A stretch of 62,236 bases of DNA, the filler included, from Fonticula-like sp. SCN 57-25 (lineage: Eukaryota), in assembly GCA_001724245.1 (NCBI GenBank). It is 10 parts of 10 records of this genome, joined end to end, with 100 filler letters (N's around TTAATTAATTAA, not from the genome) between each part and the next. Parts side by side here need not be neighbours in the genome. Positions count along the whole stretch, not along the records: positions 18,742 to 25,184 come from MEDX01000482.1; positions 25,285 to 31,383 come from MEDX01000483.1; positions 31,484 to 37,580 come from MEDX01000484.1; 7 more parts are not named here. One strand, written 5' to 3'. Position numbers and translations under genes: made by a program. Each line of letters starts with the position of its first letter. Positions within the stretch are counted from its first letter, which is position 1. The notes below the pieces were generated by a model. The model worked only from the letters and a program-made list of their open reading frames with translations, made no database searches and was not told the DNA's origin. Below, piece after piece: positions 23,697-33,464 of the stretch.

Positions 23697-24694
23697 ATGG
23701 CTGGATGGCGGGCCGCGCTGGCGATGCTGGCGACGATTCTCGTCTGCGGTATGTGCTCGTGTCGTCATCTGTATTCTTACACACATATACACGTGTTTTT
23801 TAGTTGGGGGCGTGAACGACAGCAGGGCGTACGAGTTTGCAGGTGACTACACGAACATACATGCGAAGGGAGACAACTTTGGACCTCACAGTACGTTTGC
23901 GGTTGATGCCCTGGGCTAAAGCTGACGTGTTTCATGGAATAATAGAAAACACATACTACCACAACCAGGGGTCAGGAACTTCCGCAGCTCTCTATAACTA
24001 CGTCCAATTCAACTTCATGTCGAGTGCGGTACGTTCGTCTAAGAATCATCCCGTGTTGCCGTGACGACGATGATTTCAGCAACCTAAATCTTGTGCCCCT
24101 TTCTTTCATGATCGTAGCCAACACCGTCGCGTTTTTGCGCCTATGGTAGTCCGACCTTCAACATGATGCCCATCGCAGCAGCTGCTTTGGATCGAACCTT
24201 CAGTCAAATCCGCGTCGACGCGCCGACGGAGACTTGGTGCGCGCCCCCAGACTAGAACCAACGAGCGCAGAGCTGATCAAGTTGCGTCGCCGTATTAGGA
24301 ATCACAAGAGTATTACATACAACAACCAGCCCTCGATTGATGCACGCCTGGGTTCATTGGCCACCGCGACAAAGTACATCAAGAATGGAAGGTATGCGCC
24401 TGACAAACGTTATTGCTTGCTCCATTTTAGTAATCGCTTTTTGTCCTGATAGCTTTGGCGGTGTTACGATCACTGCAGCCACTCTGAACGCAGCCGTCCG
24501 ACTTTCCAACAGCAAGGTGCGAGGCGATTCTGTGGCCGTAGCGCTTGCTAAAAGACCTGTTGCAGACTGGCTTCCGCCACACGTACATTGATGATGTATT
24601 TCTACAGTATTATAGCTGGATTTCTGGAGAGTCATATCGTGCATCAACATATATAGTTGTAATTCTAGCGGAAAGTAAGGAGAGAGTGGGATAG
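23697..24694 (+). CDS. Secreted ~210-aa protein with DNRLRE/CBM96-like motifs; 7 exons (23697-23748, 23804-23890, 23946-24028, 24118-24236, 24299-24391, 24453-24516, 24566-24694)
   Basis: Six GT-AG introns splice into one stop-free frame: signal peptide MAGWRAALAMLATILVC, then YVQFNF and ETWNHKSITYNNQP. Inverted CCAAT pair upstream at 23637-23657. Confidence 0.7.
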
Positions 24695-25030
24695 TATTTA
24701 ATAATGAGAGAGAGAGAGAGATAGATAGGGATTGATAGAAATAGATAGGGAGAGAGAGGGATAGGGAGTGATATAGATTGATAGGGATTTTATTGTGATT
24801 GGTAAGGAGATATAGGGATTTAAAGAGAGTGAGTAAGAATGTAATAGTAGGAGATATAGGGATTTAAAGAGAGTGAGTAAGAATGTAATAGTGGGGGAAA
24901 TCGAAAGTGAAAGTGTATAGGTTGGGTAGTATATAGGAGTATAGTGTGTTCTTTCTCTCTATATTGTATTGTGTTTTATATTATGTAGTAGAGAAAGTAT
25001 AGATAGTAGAGAAAGTAATATGTTGTTGTG
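24671..25030. repeat. Purine-rich, C-free low-complexity tract with an exact 44-nt tandem duplication (24805-24892)
   Basis: Only one C in 24671-24950. Contains (GA)n and ATAGGG units, and AGGAGATATAGGGATTTAAAGAGAGTGAGTAAGAATGTAATAGT twice. Confidence 0.9.
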
Positions 25031-25080
25031 ATCTATCTAGTCTCTGGTATTTGTGGGGGGTTGTGTTCCCCCTGGTTGTG

Positions 25081-25184
25081 TAAGGAGGGTTGGTTTCGTT
25101 GTTATTTTCCCAAGGTCAATGACCTACAAAAGAGCTGACAATCGACACACACTACAAAAGAGATCATGCGACGAAAGGTGGAAG
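25081..25184. repeat. Diverged ~105-nt dispersed repeat, copy 2 (runs to contig end)
   Basis: Matches 22781-22885 in the same orientation. Confidence 0.8.
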
Positions 25185-25284
25185 NNNNNNNNNNNNNNNN
25201 NNNNNNNNNNNNNNNNNNNNNNNNNNNNTTAATTAATTAANNNNNNNNNNNNNNNNNNNNNNNNNNNNNNNNNNNNNNNNNNNN

Positions 25285-25992
25285 CACGAGGACGTTGCTT
25301 CGACGATGAGCATGCTCGCCACCCTGTACCACAGCAGCGGAAACCGCGAGCTCGCGCTGCAGCACCAGGAGCGCTCTCTGCTCATTGCCGAGCGCGTTTT
25401 GGGCACGGACGACCCCGAGGTCCTTCGCAACCTGTGCAACCTGGCGTACATGCACCACTCTGCCAACAACACGCGCCTGGCCCTGTCGCTGATGCGCCAC
25501 GCGGAGAACATCCGCGCCGTCACGCGCGGCGACGCTGGCGCGCACCCGCAGCAGGCCTACGCCGACACCAATGTCGGCCTCATGCTCCAGGACGTGAACG
25601 AGCCCACTCGTGCCGGTCCTTACCTCACCGGCGCGCTCGACGCCAACCGCGCCATCTTTGGAGTCGAGAGCATCTCGGCCGCCTCCAGCGCGCACCTTGT
25701 CGCCCGCGTGCTCGCTGAGCAGGGTAACTTCCGCGAGGCGCTCGAGGTCGAGCGTACGGCCTTCCTTCTTTTCAAGGAGAAGCTCGGGCTCGAGGACCCG
25801 CGCACCCGCGAGGCGGACACCCTGCTCAACATCTTTACGCAGCGCGCAGTCATGAGCGAGCGCGGAAAGCGCCTTCAGGAGGTCATTAAGGCAACGGCCG
25901 GACAGTTTGCGCCGCAATTGTCGGAAGCATCTTCGTCGTCGCGCTCTGGGACCGCTGCTGCCCGCAAGCGCGCGGCCGCCGGCAAGCGCTGA
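25285..25992 (+). CDS. CLU1: Clustered mitochondria protein CLU1/CLUH, C-terminal TPR region (5' truncated)
   Basis: IAERVLGTDDPE, HPQQAYADTNVGLMLQ and FREALEVERTAFLLFKEKLGLEDPRTREA...FTQRAV. Confidence 0.85.
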   Translation, partial: HEDVASTMSMLATLYHSSGNRELALQHQERSLLIAERVLGTDDPEVLRNLCNLAYMHHSANNTRLALSLMRHAENIRAVTRGDAGAHPQQAYADTNVGLMLQDVNEPTRAGPYLTGALDANRAIFGVESISAASSAHLVARVLAEQGNFREALEVERTAFLLFKEKLGLEDPRTREADTLLNIFTQRAVMSERGKRLQEVIKATAGQFAPQLSEASSSSRSGTAAARKRAAAGKR

Positions 25993-26284
25993 GAATGGAT
26001 CGACTAGACCACACCTATTTTTCTTTTAATTTCGCTTCACATACCTATACAGTCCCCCTTGTTGCCCCGATGTACAGACTGACATGTGGAATAATTCCAT
26101 CGAAAATTAATACATATTATGTTTCCTATACTATATTACTACCTGGTGGATCAACTGAACAAGTTGTAATTTATGAAAAAATGATCAAGAAAAGAGATGA
26201 AAGATGACGCAAGAAAGTGTGGCGTGACATCAAAAAAAGAGAAAAAAGGAAAAAAGGAAAACCTGAACAAGGCTGTGCTGGGCG

Positions 26285-29100
26285 TTAAAAAGGCATGGCA
26301 AGCTTGACCTGTTCCAGTCCATGTGCAAAGTGCTGTGAATGTGCAGTAATTCTTACAGCCAGTAGTTGAGACTGAAAAGCCACCGGAAGCCCCTCGGTCC
26401 CTCCGCAAGCGACCAGCTGTTGCTCGAGAAGGGATTCCTGGGCACCGTACGCCTCATCTGGAACGATAAACCTTGGCGGGGAGGCCTGCGCCCCTGTGCG
26501 TAGCCCTTTTGCGATCACACGACCAGCTTGAAGTAGTGCTCCAGCGCTGGCTTTGCCTGCCGCGAGGGTGATACACCACGGGGTGGCTGACGTCATGCCG
26601 CCAAAGTACGAGTTAGCTAGGCTGTCGAGGACGCCGAGAATTACTGCAAGGCACGAAACTGGTTCTGCCTGCTCGCCGTCATCCAATGTGACTCGCAACA
26701 CGCATGATGTTGCAGCACTCCCCGCTGCCGCCAGCTGCTGCTGCTCGGCCGTCAACAAATTCGATATGAGGCCAGAGATCTCGTTCCGAAGCGAGTACAG
26801 CTGCGCGTTCGAGTTTACGAGGATTTCCCGGCCATGAAGTTCGGCGCCTGCAGAGGAAGCGGGCACGCCATCAAAGCGCAGAGAGACTTCGCTTGTATAC
26901 GGTAGAAGCGAGATGTTTGGATCGTGCGACACGATGTTCAACAACGGAATGGGCTGCCCCGTGGCAGTGGTCGCACCAAACGAGAGCGTTCTCGTGACGG
27001 CGTCGAGCATGACAAATGGCGCGCCCTTGTGCACGGCGTCATAGAGCGCATCCCATCTCCGGCTGTCGACCACTCCCGCAAACTGAAACTTGCACTCTTG
27101 CGCAAACGATAAGAGCGATGCACTGTCCAGCGGTGTAGGAAGAAGTGCGGCGCATGACGGGTGGGCGAGGAACAAGCGCACTGAGCGCCGAACGGACGAC
27201 GGAAGCGCCGCGATGAGCTGAAAAATGGACTCTCGCGGTTGCGTCTTGTCGGACGTTGCAAGCGCGGCGGGGGAAGGGGACGAGTTAGGGGACGAGTTAG
27301 GGGACGATTCGGGCGAGACCGACCTCGCCTCACTTGGTATCCCAATCAGATCCGACACTTCTTTTACGGCCCTCGCGACGTGGGCTTGCTCAATGCCAAA
27401 GATGAAAATTAGGCCGGCGTCCTGCGCAGCCTCGGTGTGGGACTGCTGGCACACCTGAATGATCGAATCAAAATCAACGTCCGAATGCGGTGGCATCCGA
27501 ACAACCTTGCTCGCTGGCGGATCCATGCCCTCCAGGGCGTGCACGGCCATCTCCAATGACGGCGGGCTAGCTACCAAAACGAGGCCACACGTGTTCGGCT
27601 GCCATTGTACTTCAACACCAACGACAATCTGCAAAGAGCGGAGGTTGTCGATGGACTTTTCGACGTACTTGACGGCGATTTGCCGCGCGGGCTCAACCGT
27701 GAGCGGAAGACCTTTGAGGGAAGGCCGGTGATGTGCAACCTCCAGTCCCTGAAAGATATTAGCGACGGAATCTGCCGCCCTTTGCACGGGGCCCCAGCCC
27801 CCTTCAAGCGTTATCGTGTCTGCTTCGGTCCTGTCATTTCCTTGCGTCGCGGACAACGCGGTACTCAGCTCGACACCGTCCAAATCAATGTCTCTCGGAC
27901 TGTCAGACCAGCTTCGAAGCCAGCGTGAAAACGCCAGACTCCACTGGGCATCGGGTCCTTTGACTCTCCTAAGCAGCTGAGCTGCACCAATACGCAGTCG
28001 AGCGGGCAGCTCATCAACCGCCTGAGCGACCAACCCGCCCGTCGTCCCACGCACCACCACCACCTCGCGCGAGTCTTCCTCGCTTAACTCCACCCGAACA
28101 GAGTTTCTCTTCTCAATCTCGACAATCCGCTTTGAAATAGCCGCATCCGCACCTGCCGATGAGTAACCCTGGCTGCAACGAAGGGCATTTAGGGGCCCCC
28201 TCAAAAAGTCCACAACTGCCGAATCGTCCACGCGCAAAATGTAAGAGCGAGGAGGAGTAGGGCTTGTGTGTATGCTCTTCGGGGCCCCACCAGCCTTGGT
28301 GTAGACTGGACCAGGGATAGTCTTGGGAGGCGCCTGCGTACGCTTCATAAGTGGGTCAACTGCGCGATCCTGCGCTAGTCCCGCCAGTCGGGCGCTGCTG
28401 GGATCGCCGGGGCTCTCACCCGACGCCTTCAGAAACGCAACAACCGCGTCACGGTCAACGATGTCAACCAGCCGAATAACAGATCCGGCTGATGTGGAGA
28501 GTGCCTGAGATGCGCCTGGAGGTAGCACAACGACTGTAGAAATTCTACCCGGCTTCTGGTTGAGGATGGAGAGGATTAGAGCATAGTCGCCATCGCCACT
28601 GAAAATCGCCACTACAACATGTTGGGACGGTTTACTTAGCTGTTGAACGACCACCTCTGTGACCATCGCCATGATATGTTTATCAACATCCTCTTTACCT
28701 ATAGAGCAAGGCGCGTTTAGCAGAGACACGAGGCGCAAGCGAGGATACCTTTCCTATAGACCGGGGTGACTCGGACGTCGCTTTGCTGACAAACCTTGGC
28801 AAAATCAGCACCATAAATGACCAAATCGTTTCCACCTACAACAGCATCCATGCGGAAACTGACCGCGTCGGGCGGTAAACGCCCGGCGAAAGGGGTGACA
28901 GCAGCCTCATACACTGCAGCTTTGACACTTTTTATAAAGTGTCGAGCTTGCTCGGCAGACTTTGGCGGAGGGCAGTTTTCCACGTCCCAGAAGAGGCGAA
29001 TAACTAGTTCGGATACGGAGGGAGATAGACTTCTGCTCTGCAGGGGGGAGGGGGAGGGCGGCGAAACGGTGGGGGGCACCGGGCGCGGAACAAAGTCCAT
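26285..29100 (-). CDS. Large NYN-domain (LabA/DUF88 PIN-like, MARF1-type) putative ribonuclease with a long divergent C-terminus; intron 28699-28748
   Basis: RLFWDVENCPPP, RK|GKEDVDKHI and IFSGDGDYALIL retain the NYN acidic motifs. Confidence 0.75.
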
Positions 29101-29553
29101 CAGGGAACGAACTCAACGCCCGCAAATGGCGGACGTGATAGTTCAAACCGGCCAAGGAAAAGCAAGCAAGAGCAACCTTGCCGTTTCAACGGCGCAAAAT
29201 TGCGCGCCGGATATGCTTTCAAGCGTTCCCTGCGCCGAGCGATTGGGTTGCCCCCCACCAGTGTCTCGCCTGAACCCGCGCTGGAGGTGTGGTGCGGTGG
29301 AGTGGGAGACCAAGAATGATGCCAACGCTGCAAACCGGCAGAAGTTTGCACTCGGTGCAAACTGATCGCAAGTTTGCTCGTGTCGGGGAGAGCAGCAGCA
29401 GCAGGCAGGGACAGCGTGTCGGCGTCTCTACGACGGTGGCTGAACAGTGCTTGCTTCCCACCGCTGCGGAAACGAGTAGTGTTCTGTCTAGCGCGGCTTT
29501 TTGGTGCCTTTTTCAAGGACGGTAGGCTCTGTAGGTTTGGTTGGTATTTCATC

Positions 29554-30448
29554 ATGGCGAGCACTGCTGAGGAGGTGAGAGAGCTGCTCAACGCAGAGGT
29601 GGTGGTGGAGGTTGCCCAGCTACGAGACATTGCGCAGCATGGCCTTCCGAACGAAGTGCGGGGGGAGGTTTGGATGTACCTTCTTGGTGTTCAGCACCCG
29701 GACAAGTCGCGGGAGTTGACAATGAGCAAAAGCAAGGCGCAGGATTACCGCGATTTTAACAAGCAAATGTCCGACACGACCGTCATGAGTCGCTTGAGGG
29801 CAGAGATCAAGCGCTACCAACCTGACAACGAAACTTTTCGAGACAAGGACGTTGCACTTATTTTTGAGCACGTCATTTGCGCATACTTGAACAACCGAGG
29901 CGTAGAGTACTACCCAGCTTTGGTGCACCTTTGTGGCCCCTTTGTTCTCTCTGTGCGGACAGAGAGCGACGTGTACTTTTGCTTTGAGCAGTTGATGGGG
30001 ATGCTCACCGACGAGTTTGCTCGGCAAGAATTCAATGAAGTTCTTGCGCGGTTTACTCTCCTCTTTCGCACCATGATTCCCGACCTCTATAGCTACTTTG
30101 AGGACGAGGAGGTGGACTACTCGCAGTGGGCCACCTCGTGGCTGCGACACTTGTTGGCAAAGGAGCTTCCCATTAAAGCGCTTATGCGCTTATGGGATAC
30201 ATACTTTTCTACTCCTGGTGGGATCAGCCTTCATGCATATGTTTGTCTCGGTACGCGTTCCCTGCTCCCTATGTCGGCGCTAATGATTCTCTGCAGTGGT
30301 TCTGAGAAAGTTCAAGGACGAACTGGAAGACCTCGAGCACTCTGAGATTGTTAGCTTTCTGCATCGCCTGCCATTCATGGACATGGACCAGATCACAACG
30401 GAGGCATTCAACCTCAAGGCCGAAGTTCTGTCTCTCGACTTGCTTTAA
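29554..30448 (+). CDS. TBC-domain Rab GTPase-activating protein; intron 30251-30296
   Basis: HGLPNEVRGEVWMYLLG, SDVYFCF and WLRHLLAKELPIKALMRLWDTYFS. Confidence 0.88.
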
Positions 30449-31483
30449 CCCAAAGCTGTATTGTTGTATATATTTTTGCTGTTGTATATTTTTTTCTTAT
30501 TCTGTGAACCATATATTGATATTTATTACTTTTGAAGTTTATTTTAGCAAGGCTCGAATGCCTTTTATGTCCAAATACTTTGCACAACAAAAGTGTAACA
30601 GCCCAATAGTCGATCGTTGGTGCTTCAAGGGTTTTGGAGGAATGGTGGAATTTTTCGTCATTTGCAGTGCGAATTGCGCTAGCGGTGATGGCGGTGTTAG
30701 TGGGTTGTAACATTGTATCCCCTCCAAAGTGGGTTATCCCTACAGTGGAAGTTGTCGCGCTGGTGCTGCTTATAGCGGAAAACTGTCACTCGCAGATCTT
30801 CCAGTTTTTACGCTCCTGTGTTAGGGATGCCGATCTTAAGGAGGTTGCGGCGAATGGCTGGGTGCCAATTAAGACCAGTTGGGCGCCAGTCTCAAAAGCT
30901 ATAATTGCCGCGCGCGTCAGCGGCGAGTCAAATAGAAAAGAAGAAAAACGCATACGCTGGAAGCGGCGCAGATCCCTTTGACTCTTGGGTTTCACCCCAT
31001 TGTAGCGCCGTAGCCCCTATAGCGCAGAGTAGCGCGTCATCCGTCCACGTGGACCTGGCCATGTGGATTTGGCGGGATTTGGCGCTTTCAGGCAAGTTGT
31101 CACCATACTTTTGAAATTTTTTTTCCCTGTAGTTTTGGTATTTTTCTTTCCCTGTAGTGGCGACATGCTGGCGACATGGCCAAGCGCGTGATCGGCGTGA
31201 CGGTAAATGTCAACGCGCGAGTGGTCGGCTAACTTGTACGTACGGAGTCTTAGGACTCGAAGATGTCAACGAAGAGCGAGTCAACATCGCCGACTTTACC
31301 AAGCTTGGCTTCTTTGCTAAGTGGTTCGCCGTTCCTTGTTGTGCGAAGCTGGTTGGTTCGGACTTGAATACGTCAACATATAGNNNNNNNNNNNNNNNNN
31401 NNNNNNNNNNNNNNNNNNNNNNNNNNNTTAATTAATTAANNNNNNNNNNNNNNNNNNNNNNNNNNNNNNNNNNNNNNNNNNNN

Positions 31484-32230
31484 CCATCTTCTCACGTGGC
31501 CATAGCACTATGACTATCATCACGTGATCGTCGAGGACGACGATGAAGAACTTCTCCTGCATCACTTTCCCATGGCGCTCGCATTTATCGAGGGGCAACT
31601 CAGTCAGTCACGTGGCATCCTTATCAACTGGTGCGCCTCCTCATCTCTTTTGCCCATCCTCATCTGCTGATCTTGTTCTTCCCTTTTTTTCTTCATGATC
31701 TTCTCGCAGTGATGCCGGGATTGCGCGCTGCGCCGCGTTCGCCATCGCCTACCTGATGAAGAGCGGATCGCGATCGCTCCCCGATGCCGTCGCCATCACG
31801 CAGCTCTCCCACCGCGACGCATGGTACGCATCACATGACCACATCCCACGTGACCACATATGCTGACTGTTCACAGCCCGAATGAAGGCTTTGTCGCCCA
31901 GCTGCATCTGTTCCACAAGATGCGCTTCCTGCTCGACATGAACAACGCCGAGTACCGCGAGCTGCGATTGGCTGCCATGGCGAGGGAGCGCGAGCGGTAC
32001 AGTCACGTGTCACCGGCACTCTTTTACAGCGACGGGGACAGTGGTACGTGGGAAGATGAGGGTAGGGAAAGGGTAAGGGTAAGGGTAAGAGAAAGGGTAA
32101 GGGTGAGGGAAGTGTATATGTGTATGTATATGTCTAAATATATATATGTGTATATGTATATCTATGTATATATGTCTATTAAACAAGTACTTTTTTTATC
32201 AATCTATCATTAAAAAACTCTATCTATCTG

Positions 32231-32264
<34 letters not shown>

Positions 32265-32932
32265 ACACGTTCATTCTATCAATTTGTCCCTTAAGACTCA
32301 CCCCTGATTCCACCCCAGACATCGCCCCAGACACACCCACCACGCGCGTCCTCCGCTGCCGCGCGTGCACCCGCCCCCTACTAAAATCGCATGCGATTAT
32401 CGACCACGACGCGTCTTCCCGCCCAAAGGGGTTTGGCTGGCACAAGGACCCCGTGGGAAAGGGAGGGAAGGGCGTGGCCACGTGCACGAGTTGGTTTGTT
32501 GAGCCGATGATGTGGATGATGGGCGAGGAGGGTGAGGAGGAGGGAAAGGTGCGCATAATATGGCCACGTGGGTGGGTTGAAGGAAGATGTTTATATTGAC
32601 ATTGTGTATATATTATGATTCAATATGTATATTTGTGGCATTATCAGTGTGTCTTTTTATGGCATTGGTCATATGTGTCTCAATATCAGTCTAACTATCT
32701 ATCTATCTATACATTCTATATCTATCCATCGTTCTATCACTCTATCCTTTACCGGTCCTTACCATTTCGTCTGTAGATCACGTGCCCAAAGTGCAGTGCC
32801 AAGCTTGGCTCCTTCTCGTGGGTCGGCTCGCAGTGCTCCTGCAGTGGATGGGTGTCGCCCGCCTTTATGATTCACAAGCGAGCGGTTGACGTAATCATTC
32901 CAGTGCAGCGGCCGCCCGCCCCGCCATCATAG
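31484..32932 (+). CDS. DUSP12: Dual-specificity phosphatase YVH1/DUSP12 with C-terminal zinc-binding domain (5' truncated, multi-exon)
   Basis: Spliced NC|DAGIARC, AYLM, PNEGFVAQL, LRCRACTRPL, CTSWFVEPMMWM and GK|ITCPKCSAKLGSFSWVGSQCSCSGWVSPAFMIHK. Confidence 0.88.
32058..32264. repeat. Intronic simple repeats: (GGGTAA)n, (TA/TG)n and (TATC)n
   Basis: Read directly in the DUSP12 intron at ~32044-32296. Confidence 0.9.
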
Positions 32933-33464
32933 GCACCTTTTTCAGGCATCATGGCATTTTGACTATCAAATTCGTGTACATTTCAACTCTTCTTCACAAC
33001 TCTTTACTGGCATGAATGTAGTGTGCAATCATCGAGCAACTTTAGCGCATCAATAGGGCTGCCACACTGCTTGTTATACCCCATTGTCCATGAACAATAC
33101 CACAACCATAGTCTGTATTACAGCAGTGTAACAAGTCTCTGTGTCTCTCTGTGTCTTTCTTTCTCTCTGATACTTTCTTTTGTCTTCACGATATAATTGG
33201 TTTTCATTTATTGTCTGCTGAAAGAGATAGAAGAGAAAAAACTACACGGCAATGCCAGGAAATGGTCCGAAAGAGAGCGAGCGACCACCGCGCCGCCGCG
33301 TCACAAGCACACGAGGACCAGCCCCGCCGCCCGTTCCGCCGTCGGCACAATGCACACACGCCCGGCCCCCCTTCCTCCGGCGCGCTTCAAACTCAAACAG
33401 GTAAAAAAAAGATATACGATATCGCTCAAGATGAACAGCGCTCAGTCAGTCTGCCGAGCTGCGC

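Noticed and set aside
30600-31383. Short ORFs at the end of contig 5, and likewise 61881-62236
   Set aside because: Possibly truncated gene pieces, but I could not build a consistent frame or family call.
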